Positions 1 to 12,560 of a stretch of 64,000 nucleotides of DNA are shown in pieces. The number at the start of each line of letters is the position of its first letter. Within the stretch, counting starts at the first letter, position 1. A program made the translations under genes and the position numbers. The notes below the pieces were generated by a model. It saw only the letters and a program-made list of their open reading frames with translations, was not told the DNA's origin and searched no databases. Source of the DNA: Lama guanicoe. Taxonomy: Eukaryota. The stretch is from the NCBI GenBank assembly GCA_013239625.1, contig MU054001.1, positions 2,982,151-3,046,150 on the forward strand, written 5' to 3'.

Positions 1-669
1 AGTTCCTCTTCCCTTCCTAGGGGTGACCTTCCTGTTTTCATCTTCCTCTAGAACATGAATTGGTTCAGCTCACCTTGATTATGGTGTGAAATGACAAAGA
101 CATATATTTAAGACTATGCATATTAGTACATACACATATTCATCTAATGATTTGTATATTGATATGCCTATTAATAGATGTATTTGTCTAAGAAAATGCA
201 TAACCATATCTGTGTTAGTACATGTATATTCTTAGATGCGAAATTGGATTTTGCACATAAGTCAAGGCTTTCATTTCTCCAACATAAGTTGCAAGGATGG
301 CTGGGTGGTCTCCAAGGCTTCTGATAGACCCAGAACCCTTGGTTCAAGTATCAGATGCCCTGAACTAGCTGTGTCATTAGTAGTCTTAAGAGGGAGAAGG
401 CCACCTTTTGCTTACAAGTCAACTTGGAGCAAAAGGCATTTCAGAAGCCCCTTGTTTGGACCACGCTGAGACCCATTTCTGCAGGACTGAATTTAGAAGG
501 TGGCAGCATTCAGTACTCTGAACCTTGTGTCTGACTTGGGGGTTCTGCATACTGAAAGCTCCCTATGCACCTAGCAGTCCCCAGATGACATTTCCTATGT
601 GCCATCATCTTCTATAATCTCAGTCTTCATAAAAATCAGTGTTTATTGTCACTGGATGTCCACCTAATG

Positions 670-808
670 TATTTCTTCAGCTAGACCTCTCACCTGAACT
701 ATGGCTGTAACCTCTTAACTGGTTTTTGGTGTTACCTTTCTCTAATTTGTTCTAGCATCCACTGCCTAGACAGCTTGTATTCTCTGCTGCTCCAAATTTT
801 CCCATGAC
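670..808 (+). mobile_element. L2 LINE fragment (left part, interrupted by L1)
   Basis: Degenerate L2-like pyrimidine-rich text (ctctcacctgaac...aacctcttaactgg...ctctgctgctccaaa) that appears to resume at about 2345. Confidence 0.5.
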
Positions 809-809
809 A

Positions 810-2325
810 TAGCATATTTAGCAATAAATCTCATGACAGGTATCTAAGACCTCTATACTAAAAACTGTGACATATTGCTGAAAGGAAGTAAAGACCTAAC
901 TAAACAGGGAAATCGATTATGTTCACAGATAATATCATAGATTATTATTCATAGATAGTTATTATTATACATAGCCTTCATAGATTGTTCATAGACTATT
1001 ATATTTATTACTAAGATGGCGATTCTCTCTGAATTGATTTACAAATTCAACACAACCTCAATCAAAATTCCAGTGGGCTTTTTAAAAGTAGAAATTGACA
1101 GTCAAGGAGATTCTAAAATTTATATTGAAAGGCAAAGAACCTAAGACAACTAAAGACAACTTGGAGGACTTCCCTATCTGCTTTCAAGACTTACTCTAAT
1201 GCTACCATGATCAAGATAGTGTGATATTAAAAAGTATAGAGAGAGAGCGATCAATGAAACAGAATAGAGACTAACTTGGAAATAGAACCACACGTATATG
1301 GGCAATTGACTTCCAGCAAAGTTTCCAAGGCAATTCAATTGAAAAGGGGAAGTCTTTTAAACAAATAATTCTGGAGCCATGAATATTTATTTGGGGTTAA
1401 AAAAAACAACCCTTATTTTACACCATACATAAAAATCAACACAAAGTGGATCATAGACCTAAATGCAAAATCTAAAACTGTGGAACTTTTAGGAGAAAAT
1501 CTTTGAGACCTTGAGGGTAGACATGAGTTTCTTAGAACATAGAAAGCACAAGCATAGAAGAAATAAAAAAGACTTTAAATTAAAACTTTATATTAAAAAT
1601 TAAAACCTTTCACTCCTCAAAAGGTATTGTGAGAAGAATAAAAAGACAAGCCGCCAACTGGCAGAAAGTATTTGCAATACATACATCAAACAATGGACTT
1701 GTATTCAGAGTATATAATGAACTCATGCAACTCAATGACAAGAAGATAAACAACCCATTTTGAAAAACGGGCAAAACTTTCGAGCAGACACTCCATAAGA
1801 GAAGATAGAAGAATGGCCAATGAGCATATGAAAAGATACTCAGCGTCATTAGATACTAGGGTGTTTCCAATGAAAACCACAATAAGAAACCACTATATAC
1901 CCGTGAAGGCATATGTCTACCCAGAGACTTGCACATGAATGGGCAATTTATTTTTAATAGAAACTGGAATCAATCCAAATGTCCGGGACAAGGTGAATGG
2001 ATAAACAATACTATTCTGCAATAAAAATAAACAAACTGTTGACTCATGCAGCAATATGGATGGACAAATCTCAAAAACTCTAGTAAATGCAAACTCCTCT
2101 ATAGTGATGGAAGGTGGATTAGAGGTCACCTGGAGGCAGGGATGGAAGGATAGCTGGATTAGGAAGTAGCTTTGGGAAAGTTTAGGGGTAACAGAAATCT
2201 TCATTATCTTGATTGTAGTGATGATTTTGTGGATACATTCATATGTCAACACTCAGCAAATTGTACATTTTAAATAGTGCAGTTGGTTGTACATCACTTT
2301 TATCTTCATGAAGCTGTAAAAAAGT
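810..2325 (+). mobile_element. Old L1 (L1M-type) 3' portion: decayed ORF2 C-terminus plus 3'UTR
   Basis: Classic ORF2 tracts (aagacctctatactaaaaactg, gaaatagaaccacacgtatatgggcaattgact, gtggatcatagacctaaatg, aacaacccatttt, gaaaagatactcagcgtcattag) and an L1M 3' end (aattgtacattttaaatagtgcag...aagctgtaaaaaa); many stops and indels. Confidence 0.92.
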
Positions 2326-2344
2326 GACAAAAAAACTGTCAATG

Positions 2345-2590
2345 CACTCTTGTTACCTTTGGATTAAAATCTAGCTTGCAAGCAGGTAGTCAAGGCAAGG
2401 TTGTCTGTGATTTCATCCCAATGTACCTTTCTAGTCTCAGTTCCCATTTAATTGTTCCACACATTCTGTGCTCTGGCTAAACTAGACCTCTAGCTTTTGT
2501 CTACTCGTGTCTGCTTTTCCACGATGCTTTATTTCTGCCCGAAATACACTTCCTACTTTGTCTGCTTGTCCTACTCCTATTTCGCCTTTG
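2345..2590 (+). mobile_element. L2 LINE fragment
   Basis: L2-like tracts (ggattaaaatctagc, tacctttctagtctcag, tctgtgctctggctaaactag). Confidence 0.55.
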
Positions 2591-2595
2591 TGGCC

Positions 2596-3068
2596 TGTGG
2601 CCGAGATTGCTCATTGCCTACCCAACATTCTTTCTCCCTTCTTCCTTATCAACGGAACTTCCATTTTGTTCAGTATACCCAGCTAAAAATGTGGCGCAAA
2701 CTGAAACCCTCAATACACTGTGGGTGGAGATCTAAAAGGGTCTGCTTGCCAACTTTCAAACAGCTTGCTCATTTCTTTTCCATACACCCTTGGGCAGGAC
2801 CAAACGACACAGTTTGGGTCAGTGAAATATGAGTTGATAAAATGGGAGCTTTCCTGATACTGTTGCTGCTTCTTCTCATTTGTCGCTTCATCCTTTTCCC
2901 TGAGAGAAATGTGGCTATGATGCCTGGAGGAGCAGCAGCCCTTCTGTGACCGTGAGCACGAAAGCTACATGCCAGGGAAAGCAGAGAAGGAAGGTAAGAG
3001 AAGCCTGGGTTGCTGGGGTGCTAGTGAGTTGCAGTAGCACCCCCAGACTCTTGCTTGAGGAAAATAGC
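2596..3068 (+). mobile_element. MaLR solo LTR (MLT1J/K-like)
   Basis: Start tgtggccgagattgctcattgcctacccaacattc...cttccttatcaacggaacttccattttgttcag resembles the MLT1J 5' end; internal gatgcctggaggagcagcagccc...tgtgaccgtgag. Confidence 0.75.
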
Positions 3069-3175
3069 AGTCACCATCAGCGGGGTTTCCTAAGACCATC
3101 ATCCAGATAACCTTCCTGATAAACGGCTCCATAAATCCGTATGCTCTACGAATCTTTCACTTCCACCGAGCTGTC

Positions 3176-3447
3176 TTTGTTTTTTGGTTTGCTTGTTTGT
3201 CTTTTTATTTGTTTTATTGAAGTATAGTCAGTTTACAGTGTTGTGTTTGTTTCTGGTGTACAGCATAGTGATTCAGTTTTATAAACATATATATTCCTTT
3301 TTGTATTCTTTTTCATTATAGACTATTATGAGGGAACTATATTGTGAATATTGTTCCCTTTGCGCTACAGTAGGACCTTCCTGTTTATCTACTTTATATA
3401 CAGTAGTTAGTATCTGCAGATCCCAGACTACCAATTTATCCCTCCAT
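3176..3447 (-). mobile_element. Young 5'-truncated L1 3'-end (artiodactyl/camelid-type)
   Basis: T-rich tail then ttattgaagtatagtcagtttacagtgttgtg...ctggtgtacagcatagtgattcag; same family at 41.5, 42.8 and 62.5 kb. Confidence 0.85.
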
Positions 3448-3654
3448 CATTGTTAAGTATCAGCAGCACTTGATCTGCCCATCTCACGATCCACCATCCC
3501 CTCTGTGCTATGCCTACTTAGACACATAGCTTACTTCCCCCAGTACACTGTTGCTTCCTGAGACCAACATCCCATGCTGCTCTTTGTGAGCACCCTGGGG
3601 CCTGGTGTGGGCTCTGCAGGCTGTGCTCAGAGGATTATCCAAGGTTGTACTGCG

Positions 3655-3840
3655 TAGTGGTAAGACTGTGGGCTTGTAGGCAGCCTGCCTGTCTCAGCCT
3701 CTTACCAGCTTTGCAGCCAATAGCAGCCATTTGGCTCAGTGCCTCAGTTTCATCATCTGTAATATGGGTTTGATATTAATCTTTACCTCTGAGGGCTGGA
3801 GTTGGGGGTAACAGTGGATGATGACAGTAATGTATATAGG
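3655..3840 (+). mobile_element. MIR SINE
   Basis: tagtggtaagactgtgggc...ctcagtgcctcagtttcatcatctgtaatatggg MIR core. Confidence 0.8.
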
Positions 3841-4169
3841 ATGGGCCTCCTCTCCTCTTCATGGTGCCCACAGCCTAAATGATTCCTGTCCCAGCTGGGA
3901 AGGCTAATTAGGGAATTTCTTAGCTGACTAGCATTCACATTTCTCAAGTACATATGGACTTCCCAGTCATTTCAGGCCCTATGACCTGGCAATAATTTTA
4001 GGGACTCATCTTTGTACTTGAGTCAGGGGTGATCCCTAAGCATTTTGTGCTCAGGATCTTTCCAGTTACAATTTTTCCCCCCAAATTATTGTCTTGCTAG
4101 CCAGTTCTTGAAAGCTAAAACATAGTACAGTTACCATCCAGCTGCATAATTTTAGAAAATCTATAGCAT

Positions 4170-4220
4170 GCCATTGTGCCTCAGTTTCTTCATCTGTAAA
4201 ACGAGAATAAAAATAATACT
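4170..4220 (+). mobile_element. MIR core fragment
   Basis: gtgcctcagtttcttcatctgtaaaacgagaataa. Confidence 0.75.
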
Positions 4221-4324
4221 GCCTTTGCTGTCTCTCTGGCTTCAGTCTCAGCTGAAACTTAACTTCACCTTCATTGGCCTGCGTCCCTTTCAGAGGCAGC
4301 TTTGCTGTGACAAGTTTTGTGCCG

Positions 4325-4445
4325 TTAGGCTGTGAGCTCCCCATCAGCTGGACCACGCCTTTCCTGTTCCCCCAGTGCCCAGAACACTGTCTGGTCCACA
4401 GTGAATGGTTGGTAAATGCTTACTGTATCACTGAATGAACCTTGT
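4325..4445 (+). mobile_element. L2 3' terminus
   Basis: gctgtgagctcc...cccagtgcccagaacactgtctgg...taaatgcttactg...tgaatgaa. Confidence 0.7.
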
Positions 4446-4506
4446 TGAATCATCTGACTTGAAAGAGAAAAAGAAAACTAGAATATGATACGCCTGGTTT
4501 AGTTAC

Positions 4507-4570
4507 CATTCAGTCATTCATTCATTCAATCAATACTTATTGGGCACCTACTGTATTCCAGGCACTGTTT
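4507..4570 (-). mobile_element. L2 3' terminus
   Basis: cattcattcattcaatcaatacttattgggcacctactgtattccaggcactg. Confidence 0.8.
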
Positions 4571-6339
4571 AACTACTTGGTTTGCATTAGAAATATGATT
4601 TGCTAGTCCACTCAGTCCTGAGCCCTGCACATACCTCAAGAAAGGAAATCTGTGATTTTTCTGGAGCTGGGCAGGTAAAAGCAATGATTCAACTTTACAG
4701 CATCCCGAAGAAGCCTTTTCAGCCAGGTTCGGCCCAAATTTGCTTACACGTGTTCCCCACTCAACCAAACGTGTAAAGCATATTCTCGGAGCTTTCCTAT
4801 GTGATCCAACCCTATATATTATATTACGCTTATAAAATCCCACGAAGCCCTTATGAATTAAAAGATAATTAGTGGTTCAACACGCACAAGACATTAGGCC
4901 TGAAGTGTCAAAAATGTCATGAAAGACCATAAATCATGGTCTGCTTGCATTGATCCCTTATAGAGTTAGTTTTTAAATCATCTCTTTAACACCTTGTAAA
5001 TGTACAAACAACTGTAGACCCAAGGGAAACTTTAATATGTTTTTCATACATATTTTAATTTCATCTCAAAGTGCTAGCTGCATAAAAATTAAGTCAGACT
5101 CACAAAAACTCATTGATTTCCTCGGGATAAAACCCATCTGTCCAAACTAATTTAGAGCCTTTTTGAAGCCGTAAAGTTAGTCGTGCAACACTGAGGTCAT
5201 TATGGGCATCCTGGGCTGGGGGAACTCTTGTGTAATTTTAAGAAGGCAATTTTGTTATATTTACTGTATTTAAATACAGTGCTACTTTTCAGGAACAAAA
5301 GCCTCACTGTGTCACTGTATTGAAAGTAAACCAGAAGCTGTGAAAAGCGAGATCTGTTCTTTTCCTTGTGATTAATGCACCTTTCTGCCAAAATTGAGAC
5401 TTCTTAACTGAGCTCATTTAATACAAAGTAAACGAATTCTGCTCTTTGGATTTGATCCTCTGGCTAAACCCTATAGATAAGGCTCTAACAGTGAATAGCT
5501 TTTCATTCTAAACAAAGGATGTTTTGATAGAAAGGTCACCGCCAAGGTCCTTTATATTGTGATAACAGGAAAGGGAAATGACATATTAATGGCAACTCAT
5601 GCCATGGTGGTCTGGGCTGGGGGGACACGCAGGAGTAAAGACCATTCGGAAGTTGGAGAGGAGGTGGTGGAGACGGATGGGCTCTGGAAGCCCCGCACTT
5701 CTTCTTTTTAAGACGTCCTAATCCTAAGGACGTTTTCTTTTATTACACCCCAAGCACAGTGGACTGAAGAGGATCACAGCACAACTTCAGGGAAGCGGGA
5801 GAGTTGTGCGTGCATCCTTCCGCATCCTGCACTAAGCCAGACAGAATATCACCTCTGAGGCCGATGGTGATAGCGGATTTTTATTACGAGGGAGGCTAAG
5901 TGTGTACTAAAGCACTTGGATAGGACAAATAAACTGAAACCCCTTCCGCATGGGGATGCATGTGACAAGGAGTCCCCTGTAAGCTCAGAGGCCCTTCCTT
6001 TGTCTGAGTGAGGGCTCTTGAGCTCAGACGCACTCTGCCCAGCCCGGCCCTTGCCCAGCTGGGCAGGCCAGCAGTTTAAGGCACCCTGTTACTCGTCGTT
6101 TCTTCTTACTCGCTGCTTTCCTCCCTCCGCTTCACTAGGAAGGCTTCATCATAATCTCACCCGGGAGCCGGAAGCTTCTTGTACCTCATGGGGAAGCGCT
6201 CGTGGGTTTCCTTTCAGTGAGAACAGCTCCGTTCCCTTAAAAAAAAAAAAAAAGTCCCTGCTGATTAAGGAAAAGAACAGAATTGAAAGGGGTGACGTGA
6301 GTTCTTGGACCGATTGGATGGTTTGCTTAACTCACTTTT

Positions 6340-6450
6340 TCCATTCATTTCTTCAATAAATATTTATTGAGCAGCCATAGGTTCGAAGTGCTAAGCTAGG
6401 TGTTAGAGATACAGATAGGAGTGTCAGTCAGCGCCTGCTCCCAATGCCAG
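6340..6450 (-). mobile_element. L2 3' terminus
   Basis: cattcatttcttcaataaatatttattgagc...gctaggtgttagagatacag. Confidence 0.75.
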
Positions 6451-6756
6451 CGCGAGAGAGTCATATAAACAGAGACATCAGGTTGCATTTGGACTGGGGG
6501 CAAAGCTTTCAGCATCCCCGCCCTGGCTGGTGGCTTCCAGCCACTACATTTCCCCTTCAGGACACTGGCCAACTGACCCGCACTAACAAGGGAGGAGTTG
6601 TCTTGCACTTCTCATCCCAAGATTTGTGCAGAATGCTTCCTCTGTCTTATGGAAGAAGACGAAGGGAAAGGCGAAAATAAAGTAGCTCAAGTATTTCCAA
6701 CAATTGACTTAAAAAAATCAGAATTCAGTGTTTCCTAGAGGGACTGGCTGGTTCCA

Positions 6757-6774
6757 CAGTGCCCCCTTCTGGCA
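6757..6774 (-). promoter_or_regulatory. CTCF binding motif (reverse orientation)
   Basis: Minus strand TGCCAGAAGGGGGCACTG closely matches the CTCF core CCASYAGRKGGCRS (A at the Y position). Confidence 0.6.
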
Positions 6775-6814
6775 GGTTGCCCTGGAGCAACAACCAATAA
6801 AATGGAAGGCAAGA

Positions 6815-6930
6815 GCTATTGTTTACTGGGTGTGCATTATATGCATCATTGAATCCTCTCACCAGCTCTTCAGGGAAGCGTTGGTATCATCTCCATTTTA
6901 CAGATGAGATCCAGTGGCTTAAGCAAGGCC
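6815..6930 (-). mobile_element. MIR SINE
   Basis: cattgaatcctctcaccagctc...tatcatctccattttacagatgag. Confidence 0.75.
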
Positions 6931-7837
6931 GTATGCACCGGTGTCAGGAGACAGACCCACACCATCTGCTACTCTGTTTTTCTATTTTTATAGTTTATTA
7001 GTTGATCACTTAACATGTGCCTTCTCTCTGTCATCACCGTGTAGACACTGGGGATTAAGTCCTTCCATTCTGTAGCATCTTGGGTGTTTTCACAAACTCT
7101 ATGATGCTATCAGGAACAGGAACGGTCACAAGCTGGAGGGATAATCTAGTTCAGCCAAAGAGTCATCGACTCAAAGCGTGAAGTAATATAAACCAACAGG
7201 AACTCTTTAAAACATAGCAGGGTTTGGTACAGATAGATGAACAGAAACATTTTTAATTTACGTAAAATATTCTGCTTGTCAGACACTCATGTTACCCCAC
7301 ACCCTACAACCCCAATTATGTGAACACCAACATTTAGGTGCACTTACTTCTAAACATGGCTTTCATCATTTGCTGTTTCCCCAAGGAAGAAGTCAAATAT
7401 TCTATAGAATTAGAAAACAGAGTCCTTATTTTCCCTTACTGTATAAGGCAAGACAATGAAGCGTTTGCCTGTGTCTTTATTAGCCTAATCTGCTTAGACA
7501 CTGTTAGTAATAGACATTGCAGAAAAAAGTTTGCTTGAATGTAGAGCAAGAAGTTTCCTGATTCTCCTGCAGGGAGAGAAGAGGCTGCAGTGAGCACTCT
7601 GGAGGCCACTGCATTCCTCCCTCCTCATTAACTCTGCCCTAAGCCTGTCAGCTTCCAAGACCAGCCAAAACCCTTCTCTCCCTGCATTATTAATCTCCAG
7701 GTTGTTATAAACAGCATCTTACAGTCAACACAATAAGTGCTTGAGGACTGTCTGTGCCTTTCAGTGGTTCCTCTGCAGAATTTCAAAGCCCAGAGGGACC
7801 TCATGCTTTTTGAGAATGACATGTGGGATGAGGCTCT

Positions 7838-8035
7838 GCATAGTGCAGGAGTTCAGGGCACAGACAGACCTGGGTTTGAACCCCAGTCACACCACATGTT
7901 TATTGTGCGGTTTGGGGGATATTCCTTTCCTCGCTGATCCTTTTAGTTTCCTCTTCTGTATGATAGGAACAATAATACCTACTTCAGGACATTGCTGGGA
8001 GGATTAAATGAAGTAAGGTAGGCAAAGTACCTCTT
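7838..8035 (+). mobile_element. MIR SINE
   Basis: cagacagacctgggtttgaaccccag...agtttcctcttctgtatgataggaacaataatacctacttcaggac...gaggattaaatga. Confidence 0.85.
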
Positions 8036-8124
8036 ATTGACAAGTAATGTGTGACCTATTAATAGCTATGTAATTCTCATCTGGCACAGAGCTGATGACT
8101 TCCAGGAAATACACCAGGAACCTT

Positions 8125-8470
8125 CTACGTCAAGTTTGGCTAGAGTTGAAAGAAACCCCCCAAACAGCGGCATCTTCAATTATGGAAGTTTTTTCTCTCT
8201 AATGTAACAATTTGTGTAGGCTATTCAGGGCTAGTGTGGTGACTTCTTGGGCTTCTCTTTGGAGATGAAGTCGGCTTTAAAAAAACTTTCTGGAAGTTTC
8301 CACCACATTTCTACTTACTGCTCATTGGCCAGAACTCAACCACATGAACACGCTTAGTTACACGTAAGGCTGGGAAAAACTGTGTGCCTTGAGGTCAGCT
8401 AAAAGTCAAGTTTTGTTAGTAAGGAGAAGGGAAGGAATGGTTGTCTGTAGGGCAACTAGCTACTTCTACC
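8125..8470 (-). mobile_element. MaLR LTR fragment (MLT1K/L-like)
   Basis: ctcattggccagaactcaaccacatg...aaggctgggaaa...gtagggcaactagc. Confidence 0.55.
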
Positions 8471-11354
8471 TTAGTCCTCTTCCAAGGCCAAAGTCAACAG
8501 GGAAATTAAGAGAACTTACAGTTTGAAAATATGGGAATCTTTTGATATTCAAATGCTATTTTAGGTTTGTTAAAATGAAATTAAACTAACACATGTTATT
8601 TCAAACAGCTAAGTTAAATTTGGATATTTGAATTTAAGGAAGAACAGAAAAATTTCAACTTTTTAATACTTTTAGAGGTTATGTACTTATAATATGTATG
8701 CTTTTTCTGTATGAGTATTTACTTCAATAAAAGTCTTTCTAAAAATTTGGAAGAAATAAAAAGACCTTTTTGAAAAATAAAACTCTCAATAATGGATAAT
8801 AATTCAGAACAGCCATGATTAAATCTTGGCAAATCTTAAGGTCATTATGTCATGTATGAATTATTAAAATCAATATTATGAATAAAGTAACAATTTGTTT
8901 TGCATATAACTCATACTATTACCATTTTCTCAGACATAGATTGTTTTTCCTGTCTTGGATCACATTTGTCATATATACAATAATTTATTTCGTGGTCAGA
9001 AAACAAATAATCCAGATATTGATATTATTTCATTTTGCAGAAAAGTATGCATAGCTAGCAGTTCCTATAATGTATATGATAATAATATAATAATAATGCA
9101 TGTAATAATAGTAGCAGTGCATATTAGTCTTCAGTAATGTTACAGTTTTCTCTGGGAAATGATCTCTCCCTCTAGTTTCTTAAATTCTCCAGATCTTTAT
9201 ATTATCCTAGGATATAATTTCAAAAGATTTTCTAATCTTAGTCATATCTTCCCTTTTTCTTCAAAGAGAATTTCCTGTTTTGGAGAAGAAAGAAGGATCT
9301 AAAGAGTGAGATAAAAATGTAACTAGATCAGATAAGCTTCAAGTACATTACAGGTCTTTATTTTGTTTTATGAACAATTTCTGTGAAAGAAGCAGGCCCT
9401 GAAATACGACCTGGTTATGAATTGGGGTTAGAAGCAGGTTGCTAGGAGACTTCTGATTGGCTTTGGATGATGTCATGGCCACAGCCAGGATGTCCATAAT
9501 ACCTAGTTAATACATTGCATCTAACAGTTCTCCTAATTTTTATGTATGCATTTCATTTTGTAACTGCAATAAAACACCCCAAGCAACGCACTTCTGGGTA
9601 ATTACTGCACTTTTCGAGCCCCTTGGGATCAGAGGTGTACTGCATTAAATTGGGAAAGTACTTCAACTCGTAAAGAATTTTGCCTGTTGATAAATTTCTG
9701 TTGAGATCAGTGATTCAGGTGAACAAGATGTAGGTTGGATCTGAAATCATTTGTGGTTCTTTGGGAGCCACACTAGGAAAAGAGGGAATGGGGACAATTT
9801 TGATAATGCTCCGAAAAACTTCCCCTGGACCAAAGTAGTGCAGAACAAGGAGAGAATATTTGGAAGCATGAAACTGATTTTGGTGTCCGTTTCATTCCTT
9901 CGTGGATAGAAGTCAAAGACAAAAATCTCAAAGTGAGGCGAGCAGAGTCCTCTGTGGACCGCAGAAGCTCATCTCCTTCTAACCAGTTAAAAAAAATGGC
10001 TGGATTCTAAGGCAAAGTAAGTCAAAATTCCTTTGGTATTCACTAAGCCTTTCCAACCCAATCCAGAGAAAAGTCAAACTCTGCATTACTATTTTTTTTT
10101 TCTGAGAAATGAAGTGTTCCTTACTGTTCACTTTTTGAACTCACCAAGACAATCTCCTAAACTCTTGACGTCTCAACTCTCATGATGGCTGCCGCCCCCC
10201 AATTCCTTTCCTTTCACTTATTTGTTTGGCCCATCTATGTGTTAAGTTGTTCAGGAAGAAGCATTTAACATCTAAAGACCATTTCACTTCTTTCTTTTTC
10301 TTCAAAAAAATCGTGAAACATCATTTGTTTTTTCTTCATTAGAAAGAGGAAATGGTGTTTTATCAAAGGTAAACAGTCTTGAACGCTGATGGGTTGGAGT
10401 TCTGTTCACCACTCAAAGCCCATGAAGTTTGATTAGGTACTAAACTTGGCACAGAGAATCCTCCATTCATCCCGTCAGCCAAGTCACGCCACTGGTCTCA
10501 ACTTCTGGAAAGTTAATTACCTTCATGTTGCTCGTGAAGCCCGTGGGCAGCTGATTTATTTGATCAGGGCTTAAGCAAATAATAATCAACTCTTCATCAA
10601 GTTGAGGCAAAAGTAACTCAGATTCAAAACCTACCAACTGCCATTTTAAAACTGGATTTGAAGAAGGTGTCTTAAATAGCTATGGGATGGAGTCTTAAGG
10701 CTAGAAACATATACATAGGGACTTTTTATTTTGTATTAGACACGTATATTTGTATCAGTTAAATCTGGAGTCTCTGAACTCTGGTTGTTTTGGGAGCTAA
10801 ACTGAGAAGAGTTCAAATAAAATTCACCTCCATCCATAGATCTACCAACTAATATTTCAATGTGTCGATCACCATAACAGAGATCCTCTAGACAACACAC
10901 TGTTCCCCAGTTAAAGGCACCTAACTGACAGAGGCACCAATGTATTCATTTCTAACTATATCCTACATTCATAAATCATTCACACCTCTGAACAGAAGCA
11001 CAACCACGCTGTCCTGGTTCAATCCTGCCACCTGGTGACTGGGGCAAGGAACTGTCTTTTACATTGCCTTCCATTCTAGCTTCTTTTTATTATATCCCCT
11101 CATGTTCCCAATCAGGGATATTGCACTCAGGGTCTCAGGCTACCTTTGCTCTGCGTTCATAGCTCAATTAACTCCAATATTACAGCATTTTTTTTGACAC
11201 ATGCATATTTAACTTTTCTCCTTTCTCCATGTCTTCATCCCTACTACCTTCCAGTCTTTGCCCATGATCAAATCACCTTTTTTCTTTTTGTGATCACTCT
11301 TTCTATTTTTGAGTCAAATGGTGACTTTATTTATGGCTTACATGGCAAGGATGG

Positions 11355-11520
11355 TTTATGCATTTATTCAGCCAATCGTTTAGTTTAGCAATGAACAAGA
11401 CACACTCCTTTTCATCATGGAGCTTATATTCTGATGGGGGAAGCAAATAAAAATTATATAAATGTAATTCTAGGTGGTGAAAAATGCTGTGAAGGAAAAA
11501 CTGGGCAGAGTAGGGGCATG
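11355..11520 (-). mobile_element. L2 fragment (interrupted by L1)
   Basis: aatgaacaagacacactcc...tcatggagcttatattctgatggggg...aaatgctgtgaaggaaaa; resumes at about 12320. Confidence 0.65.
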
Positions 11521-11529
11521 GAAAATGAT

Positions 11530-12295
11530 GAAAAGCCACAGTGAAACACCATTTCATACCCACCGGGTTGCTTAAAGTGTTTGTCAGTGATATGTCCCAA
11601 CTACCACGTGGAACAGCAGTTCTCATCTGCTACCAATAGGAGCGTGAATGGGTGCAACCACTCTAGTAAGCAGTTTGGGATTATTAACCAAAAGTGATCA
11701 TGCACATGGCCCATGATGCTACCGTTCCAATCCTGTAGAAACTCTTGCCATGATCAGAACATGTACAAAAATATTCATAGGATCATTGTTCATAATAACA
11801 AAGATCTGAAAAAAAATCCAAATGCTCACCTAGAGTAGAATGAATAAAGTTTGGTATTGTCCTATAATAATATAATACATGTAATGAAAATCAATACATA
11901 AGCTATACACATCAATATGGGTTATTCTCAAAGATATTATCTTGAATGAAAAAGCAAATATAGAATGATTCCACTTGTGTAAAGTTCAAAAATAGACAAA
12001 ACCAAACAATGAAATGTTCAACACTACATATACAGTTGTGATAAAGAAAAAAAACCCTACAAAGTAAAGCATAATCATTATTAATACAATTAATCAATAT
12101 GGCTAAATCTAAGGAGGGAAAAAACTATTAGAGACCCACTAGAGCTTCCAATGTGCAGTAATATTTTAGCCATCAGCTGGATTTGGGATGTACTAGATTC
12201 ATTCCATTTTGATTTATAATTATTATTTAAAATGTATATGTGCATTATAGGTACACCCTTTCATATGAGTATGATACACTTCATAGGAAAATGTT
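11530..12295 (+). mobile_element. L1ME-type 3' fragment
   Basis: aaagccacagtgaaacaccatttcatacccacc, aacatgtacaaaaatattcatagg, atgattccacttgtgtaaagttcaaaaatagacaaaacc, tacaccctttcatatgagtatgatacacttca. Confidence 0.8.
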
Positions 12296-12319
12296 TCCAG
12301 AAAAGTGACAAAAGAGTGC

Positions 12320-12560
12320 TGTTTAGTTGGAGATATGGGAGAAGACTTCCTGAAGAGGCAATGCTGAGCAGAGTCCTGAGTGATACGGGGAGACACGTCT
12401 AAAGAAGGCTTGAGAGGAGAGTTTCCCAAGGCAGATGGAAAAGCAAATGTAAAGATCCCGAAGCAAATGATTTTGGTGGTTCCCAGAACCCGGGAAAAGA
12501 TCTATGAGACTTAAGAGAGAGGGAGCAAGAAGGATGTGAGATTTACACAAAAGAAAGGGA
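12320..12560 (-). mobile_element. L2 fragment (continuation)
   Basis: gagaagacttcctgaagaggcaatgctgagcagagtcctgag...cccaaggcagatggaaaagcaaatgtaaag. Confidence 0.65.

Noticed and set aside
1610..2252. Minus-strand ORFs of 64-111 aa
   Set aside because: Antisense frames of the decayed L1; the sense ORF2 is itself full of stops and frameshifts.
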